Positions 24,118 through 37,844 of a DNA stretch of 64,000 nucleotides are shown in pieces. The notes beneath the pieces were generated by a model, which was not told the origin of the DNA, ran no database searches, and saw only the letters and a list, made by a program, of their open reading frames with translations. How positions within the stretch are numbered: position 1 is the stretch's first letter; each line of letters opens with the position of its first letter. Source of the DNA: Octopus sinensis (lineage: Eukaryota); assembly GCF_006345805.1 (NCBI RefSeq), contig NC_043005.1, forward strand, positions 85,560,001-85,624,000. The letters are read 5' to 3'. The position numbers and the translations under genes are program-made.

Positions 24118-24120
<3 letters not shown>
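23980..24120 (+). mobile_element. SINE family B, deleted copy
   Basis: gtgtggtagagaagcttgcttt..gtcttctactatagcc..ggaaactgaaagaa. Confidence 0.7.
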
Positions 24121-24207
<87 letters not shown>

Positions 24208-24208
24208 A

Positions 24209-24305
<97 letters not shown>

Positions 24306-24667
24306 CACTAATGTATGTACACTGATTTGTTCTGCTTTTTATATGTAACCCTACAGTCTCTTATGTGGTGGTTTAATAAAGTATGTGATTGAGTATTATC
24401 GTGTAATTGATATTTGATTTAGATGTATTTCTCCATTTTCTTATCTTGTATTAGTAATTTGTGGTAAATCATTTTACCTTTGCCCATATAATACAGTAAA
24501 TGAATTGATTGCATCGCAATAATTAACATTTATGCATTAAATTTGTTGGGTACTTCACTAGCAGTATATTGGATATATGTTATCCCATGGAGGGTTGCAT
24601 TTACAACCCCTATCTCAGTTTGTAACTATAGTTAACTTTCTCAATTTGTATATATATATATATATAT

Positions 24668-24845
24668 AAGGAGAATTCACCCAAAAAAAAGACGAAGACA
24701 GGCGATGTAGACAACAAACAGATGTATTAGTTTACCGCTCGGAAAGAGAAAAAGTCTTTAACGTTTCGAGCCTACGCTCTTCCACAGAAAGGAACACAGA
24801 AAGAAATAAGGAGAGAAAACAAAGAATGGGTAGAGCTAGCGATCT
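24668..24845 (-). mobile_element. Family H1 short element (hammerhead-like, core CTGTGGA)
   Basis: Minus: cttt-CTGTGGA-A-GAG cgtagg CTC-GAAA-CGT-T-aaag; homologous to 18287; between (TA)n and (CT)n/(TA)n. Confidence 0.7.
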
Positions 24846-24873
24846 CTCTCTCTCTCTCTCTCTCCTCTCTCTC

Positions 24874-24907
<34 letters not shown>

Positions 24908-25775
24908 TCTATTCTATCCTATTACTCTAACACTCTCTGTCCCTTACTTCTCCTCCATTGTTCACGTGGCTTCCACGTGACCATCGGCCATCTTTCTTAC
25001 TCCTCCTTTTGTGTTTCTTTCTTTCTCTCTGTTGTAGCTGGAACAAGGAAGATGTGTTCTTGGCTGTCCTGTGTTCAAGCTTGATTTACGCGTTCGCCAC
25101 CACAACCTCAATGAGTCTTTTGATTTGATCGTCATCTGAAGTGGGAGGGGGGTCTGCTTGAGCGTTCATCAATAAGGCTACAATCACAAACTCTAAACTT
25201 AGCGACCCACTTTCGTTCAGTACTGTCAGCTAAAGAACATTTACCGCACACAGCACATATCCCTTTTGTTACTTACGAGGCACTTTTGCCTTTACTGTAT
25301 TAAAAAAGCGTCAATTTCTAAACTGCTCGTTATAATCATCCATTTTATAGGGATGCAATATTGACTCCAATTAAGTAATTTTAAACTTTCTTGAAATGCA
25401 AGCATGTTATATCTGTCGATAAATTTGATGTATTCTAACGTACTGGAACATGAACGACTAAAAGTCGGCATGAACTTCCTGGAAAACCTAATTTTATATA
25501 TATATATATAATTGTTGAGGGCTTAGAATATTTTCCTGATTTTCTTAACATGAAACCAATGGGACCCTTAATTCATAAGAAAGAAATTCGACACTTACGT
25601 GCGTATATATATGTATATGCATATTATATATATATGTATATATATTATGTAATATTAAGTGTATATATATATATGTATATATATATGTATATTATATATA
25701 TTATCTGTATATAGTATATAATATATGCATATATATATATATGCATATAATATATATATGCCATACATACATACG

Positions 25776-25820
<45 letters not shown>

Positions 25821-25920
25821 NNNNNNNNNNNNNNNNNNNNNNNNNNNNNNNNNNNNNNNNNNNNNNNNNNNNNNNNNNNNNNNNNNNNNNNNNNNNNNNN
25901 NNNNNNNNNNNNNNNNNNNN
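25821..25920. other. Assembly gap (100 N)
   Basis: Read directly; contiguity across it is not guaranteed. Confidence 1.
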
Positions 25921-27169
25921 ATCACACCATTCCAAAGAGTGTGTATGGGACCACATGTGAACTTGTATACTCAGTGAATCTCCGAACACGATCCGTTAAT
26001 CGGAGCCGGATCAATCTTCCAAGGGTAAATGCCGCAGCGAGAGGATTAATTCATGAAAATATAGTAATGCGTAGTCGTCGTATGTTAGAGAATGCTAAAA
26101 TGATTTAGACTTAATTAGACGTCAACGGCACAGAGTAAACGTATAGAAATTGTTTTAGCATCGAATACAGCACAACTATCCTGCAAGTCTGACAAATGGA
26201 GAGGGGAGGAGGGACAGCAAGATAGAAGGCACTCAAAAGCTTGAGTTACAAAAAAATGTAATCGTTTTATCTTGACAACAACAAAAAAACAATAAACATA
26301 TTTTAAAAAGTAACATATATATATATATGTGTGTGTGTGTGTATACATCTACAGAGAGATAGAAACACAGAGAGAGATTTGTATGCATGTGTATATGTGT
26401 TTGATTAAATATATAAATATATATATATATGTATGTATCTTCATTTCAATTTTGACACATTAGCTTAGAAAAAATAATTTTACGAATACCATAAAAATAC
26501 AGAACACACAAAAATCGTTTGTTTGACAGCTGATAACTGTATTATAAATATGAATAAATGTGTGTGTGAGTATGAATACACAAATACATATATATATATA
26601 TATACATATATACATATATATATATATACATTTACATATACATACATACACACACACACACATATATATATATATATTTATATATACATACATGCATACA
26701 CACACATGTATATGTAAGGATGTATGTAAACATTATATGTATAAATTTTATACTTTATAATATCATATACTCGGAAAATAGAATGTAGCCAAATAAATCA
26801 ATGATGCTGATGATGTTGATGGTGGTTGTTCTGAGGATGATGGCGCTGTTGATAATGGCGGCGATAACCACCGCAGCTGACGTCGCCGCCGCCACCGCCA
26901 CCAGCCACGGCGCCGTCACCAACACCAGCACAACAACCATCGCCGCCGTCGCCGTCGCCGTCATGGCTGTATCGAATAAAGTTACCGATTCCTCTCTACC
27001 GAAAGAAACAATTCATCATGGACGTCATTAAATTTCATATTAAATGCACATTATGTTGCACAGTAAGATGCAGTCATGCGTGGAAGCCATTTACAATTAT
27101 TTAGTTTACAATACGGCTTGTGTACACTTTCTCTCCTACTGTGTGCATGTCTGTGTATATATGCATCTG

Positions 27170-27223
<54 letters not shown>

Positions 27224-27414
27224 ATTCTATCTATCTATCTATCTGTTTGTCTTTCAGTCTGTCCTGTCAGTTTGTCTCGGTCGCTCTCTCTTTCTCTCTT
27301 TATATATATATATACACACAGAGAAAGAGAACGAGGGAGAGAGAGAGAGAAGCATGCGTATAAATACACACATATATCTTCCCCTTTATCAACCTATATA
27401 AATATATGTATTAC

Positions 27415-27445
<31 letters not shown>

Positions 27446-27477
27446 ATATTATATATATATATGTATGTGTGTGTGCT

Positions 27478-27521
<44 letters not shown>

Positions 27522-28914
27522 GTGTATATGTATATATATACAATTATATGTAGATATGTATATACATACATATTTGTATATTTTCATTTGTGTACACATT
27601 GGTAAATACACGTATATATAAACTTATGTAAATACGTGTGTGCCAGCGTGCTTGGTTGGTGTTAGTGTAGAGGTAGTCCGGGACGTACAAGTCATACGAA
27701 TTTGCGAATGCCAGTGCACTCTGTGCCTCTTTGAATTATATATGTATGTATATTTTCCGTTCGAACAATTCATTTCGAAGTAATATAAGACAGTGTACGA
27801 CTGCGCAACTAAAATCCTGTACAAGTACATACAATTGCATATGCATAATACATACATATATACATACAAGCATATATGTATGTATACATATATGTTTGTA
27901 CAAACATCCATATACACACAGATAAAACACACACACAAAACATAGTAACACACCTACACACAAGTATACAGATGCAAACGCATGCACAAAATAAGGATGC
28001 ACACCAGAGAAAGACAAAATGGGACAAACAGAACAGAAAGAGACACGTGGTATGGTGAACTGTTGAAGAGGTCACAGGAGGTATGACGAAAGAGTTCCGG
28101 ACAAAGGACATAAAATAATACAAATTATTAATCTGAAGTGAAGAAGGAATATATATAACAAAATTGACCATCCTAAAACATAGCAATATATATATATAAT
28201 AATATTAGGATAATAAGAATTATAGAAATTTTACGGAAATTAGTTAGAAACCATGGTCTAGGAACTAAATTAGATGGTAAATGTTTTTTATTTTCATTCC
28301 TTTCGAGAATCTATCCCTAATTAGTGGTTTGAGTTTCCTCCTGCTCTTTCTAGCACAAGGCTTTCCTATTTGGAAGCCTCTTAATGTGGTTTAAGGTACA
28401 CGATATTTTTACGTATATCTATAGCACTTTACATGCAGGATTGAGTTCTTCCTATTCTCATAATTTACACCTAAATGGTTCTCCCTTATATACCTACCTA
28501 CCGCAATATATGTAAATTTATGTGCACATCTATGTAGGCGCACACACATACACACATATATATGTATTTCTATATATGTTTGTGCAAGCATATATGCATT
28601 TATACGTATGAGAATGTATATATCCATACATACATATAAAATATATATATATACACACACACGCACTTACATACATGCATATATATATATGTACATATAT
28701 ATATATGCATATATATATATATGGACACTTTCATATATACTACTGCAAGTTATTTCATTTGATGTTATTATCTATATACATAATTAAAATGAATTATACC
28801 AAAATATACTTCAGAAAATGACACATACGTCATCATGTGCTCACGAGGGTATATGCGTGTGCATATATATATATATAGGAAGAACACACACATATGTACA
28901 CTTACTGATATATC

Positions 28915-28962
<48 letters not shown>

Positions 28963-29273
28963 ATATATGCATGCATATACATATATGACCATACATACAT
29001 GTACACATCTATATATTCATCTCTCTCTCTCTATATATATATATATGCACAGTCATGAATAGATGTCAATTTACATGTATGCATATTACATAAACACACA
29101 AAACCTGTCATATACATACATACATACAGACATATATATATACATACAAACACATGAACACACACACACACATATATACATATGTATATATATATATATA
29201 TATATAATAATATATATATATATATATATATATACACATGCACACACACATATATACATATGCATATATATAC

Positions 29274-29393
<120 letters not shown>

Positions 29394-29679
29394 TTTCCTA
29401 GTGAAAGTAAGTATACTAGAGAATGTATCAACAAGATTAATGATTGCAACTTCAACAACAATGATAACAACAACTGTTGCACAACCATGACCACGACGAC
29501 GACGACCACCACCACCACCACTACCACCGCCGCCGCCTCCGCTGCCACCACCACCATAGCCACGCCACACCCGTCGCCAAAGACAACAAAGTAGGCAGCG
29601 AAAGCCACAATACTACCAGTTTCTTTTTATATCATCATTAATATTTGTGTTACTACTATTACTACTATTAATATTACTA

Positions 29680-29734
<55 letters not shown>

Positions 29735-29987
29735 CATTATTTTTATCATTATTATTACTGGTCTCGTTATTAATATTAATATTGTAAATTGGCAGACGTT
29801 AGAGAAAATGAGGAACATAATAACAACAACAGTAATATTAAATAGATGTCGGACATCTACGAAAAGGGAGAGATATTTCTCACATGGATAAATAACGGAA
29901 TATATTGTTAATGAAAAAATTTAAAAATATATATTTTAGTTTAGTGCCAATGTGTATAATTACCCCTGTATATATACATTATATATA

Positions 29988-30062
<75 letters not shown>

Positions 30063-30167
30063 TATATATATATGCATACAAATACATGCATATATAAACA
30101 TATATTCATACATACATATATAGCTATTGTATATGTATGTATATATATATATATACATATATATATA

Positions 30168-30260
<93 letters not shown>

Positions 30261-30741
30261 TATATGCGTTTATGTGTGTGGGTGTGTTTGTATATTAGTT
30301 TGCGTGTCTGACGTAGAGGGATGGGTTGGTTTTAGTGTTATCTTTTACATTTTAGACATTATTATATTAATTATATCTTTTTTTTTTACATTGGCGCATG
30401 GCCATCTATTTTGGTGAAATAAACTGACGAATATATTATGCCGCTGTGTTTAAATTTATGAACCTTGGAATAATGAAAAGCTGAGTCAGTTTTACTCCCA
30501 TTTGAAGTTATAACTTGAACGGAAAAGGACAATACTATATAACCTTCATTAAGTGCACATAGAACAGAGCGAATCGAAACAATATTGTTTTTATATATTC
30601 TGAATATGCTCTGTAATATTAGAACCTAAATATGTCCTGTGATATTAGAATCTGAATATCTGATTGTTGTTGTTTTTCATCATCGGAGAACATCTCTCTT
30701 TAATCGTTGCGTTTTCATAGCATATGTGATCTGTCAATGTT

Positions 30742-30805
30742 AGGATTGTTCGAGACACCGCTCTGTTTCGACCTTAATTGGTGTCTCCTCAGTCAAACCT
30801 GCCCT
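30742..30805 (-). ncRNA. Type I hammerhead ribozyme candidate with intact catalytic core
   Basis: Minus: aggg cag gtttga-CTGAGGA-GAC accaattaag GTC-GAAA-CA gagcgg TG-TC-tcgaac aa tcct. Helix I 6 bp plus internal loop plus 4 bp, helix II 3 bp, helix III 3 bp, GUC cleavage triplet. Confidence 0.75.
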
Positions 30806-33800
30806 CCGAGACTAATGAAGCTGACAAGGGAATCAACTCCTGTTTATAGGAATAAGCGAGCAACTTATTTACTGATGTTTGCCAAACTGATAAAAATCAA
30901 GAATCTATATAATAATCTATCAATTTACTTCTAATATGCTTTGGCAGATTCTGATGTTGCTATCGAATCGCTGTTGTTGTTTCCTCATCGGAGAAGATTT
31001 GTTCCCACATCACAAGTGATTCAGTAGTATAAGGAGTATTGGTGGGAGAGAACGCACATCACCTAAATGTAGGTGTTCTCCGACGACGAAAACGAACATA
31101 GATCAGTAATTCATTTTTCAAATCTGTCAAAATCTTTTAAGAGTGAATAGATACGTTATTGACACCAAGCATATGGACCGCTGCCATACCAATTCTGCTA
31201 ATTCACCTCGAACTTTCTGTCATAATTTTCTTTGTAGCGTAACATCACCAAGCATCTGCCAGTACACTAGCCTTAATTATTATTGTTATAGTATTTTAAG
31301 TGGAATACGAAGTAGATAATGCTGAAATTAATAGCATGTAAATAATGGGCTAAAAGCCTTTTGGACAGAAAAAAGGGGAAGGCTGCGCGTGTGACTCGAA
31401 CTCACATCTTCTGGGAACATGACAAACGTTCTGGCAAAGCAATCGTTCTAATTTCTTTATTCATTTTAGAAGCTTTGATTTGGTTTACCCAATAAGAATT
31501 TAGAAACTTCAAAATATTGCATGTTCTAAACTTTACGGTGTCACCATCTATAATATACATAGAATTGAGTTTGTGTGTGTGTTTCTGTGTGTCAGTGTGT
31601 CAGTGTGTCAGTGTGTCTGTGTGTGTGTAGATATTTATGCTTTTTATAGAAATCCACATTCAAATTTTATACACATACTCCATAAGGTCAGAGCTAGGTC
31701 ATGGCGAAGAAATTATCCCCGTGACCTGCACGCATGATAGGGATCATAGACATAATGTTACCTTATGCGCACATGTGTTGCTGAATTTTTGTTCACGCCT
31801 TAATTGCCCCGTTTTACACGTTAATGTGTTATTTGGGGTGAAGAGAGCAAAATGGCTCATGCACCAACACGTTTTGCACTTCTAGCTACACTTTTGACAC
31901 ATTTTTGGGCCCAGTAAATGAAGTACTTGTCCTTTCTTTGCCAGGGTTCAATGTAATGCTACCTTGAAAAAAAAACCCAGTTGCCGAACGTTTAGTCATT
32001 ACATCGTTACACTTTTTACTTTGAAGAAAGACAGCAAAAGAACCCATGTTCCATACTTTTTGCAAGTTCCAATGCATAACATTGAGCAATAGGTTTTCCT
32101 AGTTTCTCCTAATAATTATTTGACACTGGTACAAACAGCTGGTGCAAATAACTGGCGCAAACAACGCCGTAAATTTAACGTAAACGAAATTCACAAGAAA
32201 TGTGTGCATTCCCTTGTATCTCCCGTTGGAGTTCTGCTTCTGCTTGATATTATTAAAATGTTCGAATTTTAAAGAAATGGTGCTGCCGCAGGGTTATTAG
32301 CTACATCGCTGTATGGCTTTATGTTCTGAGCAGTCGTTGGTCGTTTGTAACTTGTATTGATGAAGCGAATTCGAAAGCATCGATGTCGTTTACCAATCTT
32401 CCACACATAGCAGCTAACTCCATCCTAAATCATACACGAGTGTTTTAATAAAACGAAGGTGATATAAGATAATCGACAAGAGAGTCACAGCTGGAATGGC
32501 TTTGGTAATATATTTGCTTGTTCACAAATAAACTGGATTTTAGTGTCAATAACAACGTGTTTATATTTATTTAAACAAACCTTGTGAGACAAAAAAAAAA
32601 AAAGCAAACAGCCTGCCACAGCAGACTTTAGAGCTCTAGTATAAACACAAAACCATTCATAAAGGACATATTCGGTTTAGCCGGCGGCCATTGTATTTTG
32701 ATAATTATTCAAATATTATCTTTGTAATTGTGAAATGTAGCTTCGGCTTCTGTGTTATTTGTACATTGAACTTAAAAGAAAGCTACTAAGAAATCCAAGG
32801 ACTTTTGTCACGTTGTCTGCCATTTTTGTCATTTCCCCACAATTTAAACATAAATATTTGAGTTAATCGGACAAGATAATGAATTCTGGGATTTTTCAAG
32901 TCTTTTTAAAGTAGTTTTATGCATAAATTTGCATGCAGTCTTTATAGCAGTGTTTCATTTATTACGTTGAAAATGCTGTAATAATTGGTGCGAAGAATAG
33001 GTTGAGGCCATGGAAAAGTTTTTAGTAAGATAAAATATCTATTAAGTAGAACATCTCGTCGTAATATTTTCTCCTTTATCTCGCTGTCCGTTGCCAGTAT
33101 CCTTCATTAATATTTATTGCTATTAACCCTTCTGTCTTGTCTTATCGTCCGTCTGACTACAGCCATAACAAATAATAATGGAGACAATACAAAAATGATG
33201 CCGTTTTAAGAACATATTTAGTGACAAACAAATAATTTGTTTTAGCTGGACATGAAGTATCATTTTGTCAACTAGATAGTGTAATTGAACTGATGTATAT
33301 AACAAATATATATTTGTTAGTTTCCAACAAGATAAACTGTAAGTTTTGAAATCATGAAATAAAATGTCTGAATATTTGATAAAAATGATTTTTTTAAAAT
33401 GCAGGAATACCAAAGGGGTATTTCTCTGACAAGCGTGGCGGCGTTTGTAGGATTTTTACTTATAAGACAAGTTTAGTACGTAACTATCCAAAAATGTTTT
33501 CAACGTACATTTTTTGGGAGGAGGTCCAAGTCATACAGAATGTGTGTGACGCCCCTGGAAGCAAGTTTTTGAAATACATGAAAGTAACGTCTGCTTTTCT
33601 ATGAAAATCTGAAACTCAGATATAACTACAGTATTACAGTATGGATTCTGCAGCAAAGTACGTACGTCTGCTCATTTCTTTAAATGCAGGTTGCTCACGA
33701 TAAATTTGATTTTGACAGTTTGTATAAAAAAAAAAGAAGACACAAAATTCCATCCAGTTGATAAGTATTTTGAAAATCAAAAATAACGACCAGATAATGG

Positions 33801-33890
33801 CTAGGCGATAGCAGTTTACTCAAGATAGTAGCCCTCAGCTTCCACCACGGCTAAAAGCAGGCTCACGAAGCTGGTGTATGTGTTCCTTAC

Positions 33891-33920
33891 CGTGTTCTTT
33901 GGAAGATCTTCGAAAACATT
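33891..33920 (-). other. Candidate 30-nt exon
   Basis: Minus: ttatttttattttAG|aatgttttcgaagatcttccaaagaacacg|GTAAGG. Confidence 0.3.
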
Positions 33921-34039
33921 CTAAAATAAAAATAAGAATTATCGACACTAAGATTCCTCCCGAAACGAAGTCTTAAACAAGTGTCGATAGGGAACCGTCC
34001 ATTAATTAGACTTGTTGAATACCGTAAATTCTTACTTAC

Positions 34040-34125
34040 ACTGGAAAAGACGTTCAAGTTATGAAGGTTGCTACGTTATATCTTATAGGTTTCTCTTAAT
34101 CTTGAAATCCTAGACGTTGTCTCAG
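34040..34125 (-). other. Candidate 86-nt non-coding exon
   Basis: Minus: ctgctttcttttAG|...ttttccagt|GTAAGT; stops in all three frames; would join the 30-nt exon across a 119-nt intron. Confidence 0.25.
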
Positions 34126-35974
34126 CTAAAAGAAAGCAGTTTTAATTCTGCTATTAACCGCGAGATTTCTTGGTTAAAATATCTGGTCAAGATATGATCG
34201 AATGTCATTAAGCTCAAAGGCTTCTCTGCATTGAGAGGTTATATCTCCGGTATAGTTTTCTTTTTTATTGAAATATAGTTTCCACGACTGAGAGAAAATA
34301 TCGTTGATCTAATGGTATTTTAATTGTTCATATAGATTTGACTAAATGCTGGTTTGCTTAAGTAAAAATCAGCAAATATTGTTGATATCTATATAGAAAC
34401 GAAAATTCCGACCTAGCTTTGCTGGAGGAGGAGAAATTAAGTAGAAACACTGGTGTCTAATGATCTGCTGACATCATTTTGAGTTAGCTGTCGTTCTAAC
34501 TCACAAAGTATTTAAGGAGAAGTTTCTCTGAGATAAAATTGTATTATGCTGTTCAGTACTTAACTCTGATGTTTTACTTGTTTCACTTATTTGACTGCGA
34601 CCATGATGGGACACCGCCTTGAAGGATTTTATTCGAAAGAGTCGACCCCAAGTCTAGTACTGATTCTATCAGACCCTTATGTCGAAACGCTACTTTACGG
34701 GAACGTAACCGCTTCAACACCGGTTGTCAAGCGGCAGTGGGGGACAAACACTGACACAACACGCAAGCACACACACATACGCACGCATGCGCATATATAT
34801 ATTTATTATAGCATTGTATCTTGTTGACAGAAATATAATATAATTTATATTATCTAACATAATTGTATAATATAATGTATTTTTCTCATGAGTGTTGATA
34901 TATAAATGCATGTATTAGTAGATGAATGATGGTTTTAAGTATAACTTTAAGATTATATAATTTCATCTAAGATGTATTTAACAGAATCTTTCAATATATG
35001 ATTTGGTAAAATCTATCGTAAAATTTATCGTAATTTTATTTAATTGTTAGCCAATTAAACAAAGGTAATTAGAATGTTTTTGTATTAGTTGTGAATATTA
35101 GTGATAATATATGAGTATAAATTTAGTGATTTTTATTTTTTAATTTTCATGACTATATGAACTTGAAGTTATATTTAAATAGACACATTTACCATAGGTT
35201 TGTAACTATTAAATAGCGAGTTTTTTAAGATGTGTATAGAAAGTTTCTATAATGAATAATACATATTTTGTGGTTCTCCTGCATTTTTCTCGACGGTATA
35301 GATGCATACAAATATACATATAAACGTATAAGCTAGCGTAAGCTTATAGTTTATTTTCTTTACGGTAGAAACAACGAACATGTGTAACTTTTGATTGAAT
35401 TACTTTACATACTCATAAATATAGATGATAATAAATAATAATTATAGTATAATTTAGAATATTATTTCATGTAGGCGTGTTGAGGATAAGGATTATTTTT
35501 CTGAAAGATGTTTGTATAAGAGATGTGTTTTTACTTAACCGTATAGAAGTTTAAGTAAATATTTACTGTTTCACCATAGATTCATAACAAGTTGTTTCAG
35601 TTTTAAAATACTAATGCGCAGAAACATTTAAATTAACATTGTTAAATTTGTAAGTACAAATTTGATATACGTATTTAGAACCGTTGTATTAGTTTTTATT
35701 TATTATTTTTAGTTAAAACCAAGTTATTGACGCTCACACATACAGAAACATTTTGATTAATCCAGTCTAATATGTAATTTTTTGTCTTGATTTAATCTGA
35801 TGAGATTTTTACTGAAAATGTTTCCAAAATAGGAATTTTTATAAATTCGTTATTGGTTTTGAGTTTGACTTGAAACAATTGTAGGGATTATTAATAAATT
35901 AATAAATTAACACGTCACTTTGAATTATCTATTTTTCTTTTATTATTTTGTGTATATATATATATATATATATT

Positions 35975-36185
35975 TCAAAATGTGTCCGCGTGTGTATCGT
36001 TGGCGATTCCCTCCGTCTTCTCTTCCTTGGATCTTTCCTTTTCCTATGTTTCTGACGAAGTGCTCCGCTCGAAACGTTAAATCCTCCTTTCTTTCCTTTC
36101 CTGAGCGTCCAATAACACTATACTTGTTCCGCGTCCTCGCGTTGTTGTATTTTCTTTTTGTGTTGTTATGTTTGGATTAACTAAT
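35975..36185 (+). mobile_element. Short element with minimal hammerhead-like motif (H1-related)
   Basis: gttt-CTGACGA-A-GTG ctccg CTC-GAAA-CGT-T-aaat at 36048-36082; follows a (TA)n tract. Confidence 0.65.
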
Positions 36186-36193
36186 TATATACT

Positions 36194-36515
36194 GTGAGGG
36201 CGCGTGGCTTAGTGGTTAGGGCATTCGGCTCATGATCGTAAGGTTGTGAGTTCGATTCCCGGCGACGCGTTGTGTCCTTGAGCAAGACACTTTATTTCAC
36301 GTTGCTCCAGTCCACTCAGCTGGCAAAAATGAGTTGTACTTGTATTTCAAAGGGTCAGCCTTGTCACTCTCTGTGTCACGCTGATTATCCCCGAGAACTA
36401 CGTTAAGGGTACACGTGTCTGTGGAATGCTCAGCCATTTGCACGTTAATTTCACGAGCAAGCTGTTCCGTTGATCGTATCAGCTGGGGCCCTCGTCGTCG
36501 TAACCGGCGGAGTCT
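36194..36515 (+). mobile_element. tRNA-derived SINE family C, full-length young copy
   Basis: A-box TGGCTTAGTGG 36205-36215, B-box GAGTTCGATTCC 36248-36259, then a ccttgagcaagacactt..gctccagtccactcagctg central domain resembling the conserved domains of SINE superfamilies (exact superfamily not verified). Confidence 0.88.
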
Positions 36516-36954
36516 TTAATTATATACATAAAACATATACAAAATCCAAGCACAAGGATTTAGTCGGTTTGAGGCCATAGTATTTTAGAAGACACTTGCA
36601 AAAAATGCCACAAACGTCTCACCATGCAGTCACGTCTGCGCCTATTTATATACATTCTGAGTATCATACGATTATTTTGCTTTAATCCATTTAATAATTC
36701 TTTTTAATGCCGTTATTGTGAGATCTACAACGTAGATAAACAAGCATGAAGCACTGGAGAGAAAAGGAAACAAAAAAAGGGTAAGATTTAATTCAGTTAA
36801 ATCTGTGAGACTGAGTTTTTAGATGCAATTTTAGAAAATTTAGTTTCGCTTTAAGCCTCATACTCAAAACCTCAAAACTAAAATTTCGAAATATTTCCGA
36901 GATAATTTCAATCATCATCGTTGGCTTCGTTCCATGAAGCTATAAATGATGATT

Positions 36955-37165
36955 TAAATTTCGATACAAGGCCAGTAATTTTGGGGGTATGGGTTAAGTC
37001 GACTACATCTACCCCCAGTACTCACCTGGTATGTATTTTATCGAACCCAAAAGGTTAAAATGAAAAGGCAACCCCGGTGGTATTTGAACTCAGAACGTAA
37101 GGACGGAGGAAATGCCACTTAGTATTTTGGCCAGCATGCTAATGATTCTACCAGTTCGCTGCCTT
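36955..37165 (-). mobile_element. SINE family A, degenerate copy
   Basis: Body and head motifs in reverse. Confidence 0.7.
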
Positions 37166-37781
37166 GCATCTAGTTATAAATAACTGTATGCAAATATTAT
37201 TTATAGCTTTATGTGTGCTTCGAGATGCACAATTTCACCCAAAAATTATTTGAAGTTCTCTCGAAAGTTTAAGGATTCTTATGACGTCAGCAATAAGCGC
37301 GCATGCGTGTGCCTTTCCGTTGTGTTTACCTCCAGCCACCACTTAACATTCGGTGTTTGTTTACATCCTCCGTTCTTTTAAAATTGACAGAACTAGTACC
37401 ACACTTAAAACAAATAACAACGACACAAATACTACTTCAACGTGGTGCCCCAGTATGGCCGCAGTCCAATGAGAAAAACAAATAAATGTAAACAGATACA
37501 GATATATGCTCTTTATTTTTTTGCGTGAAGATTATTTTTCAAAAATATCGCCTTCCAAACACTAATCGCAGACATCCGATATCTCAATAATATGATTCCT
37601 ATTTTAAAACTGGAATTGTGTTGTAAATATTTATGACTGATGTCGCGATATAAATAGAGAAAGAATTTAAGAATTTCTTTGTTTTTGTTTTTTTTAACAT
37701 CAAAGTTCATTATTTGAAACAAGTTTATTTTATTCCAATGCTGAATTTTATTTTAATTCATTCACTCATTATACCTTGTAC

Positions 37782-37824
<43 letters not shown>

Positions 37825-37844
37825 TACATACATGTGGGATTGCT

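Noticed and set aside
31886-32089. 67-aa minus ORF in unique sequence
   Set aside because: No recognisable motif and no convincing splice sites.
33122-33135. TTAACCCTT piggyBac-like terminus
   Set aside because: No matching AGGGTTAA end nearby and no transposase remnant.
35791-35830. CTGATGA..GAAA spacing
   Set aside because: Neither helix I nor helix II pairs; expected by chance in AT-rich DNA.
36194-36270. tRNA gene
   Set aside because: A and B boxes are present, but the sequence runs into a multi-copy SINE body and lacks a proper acceptor stem; it is a SINE head.
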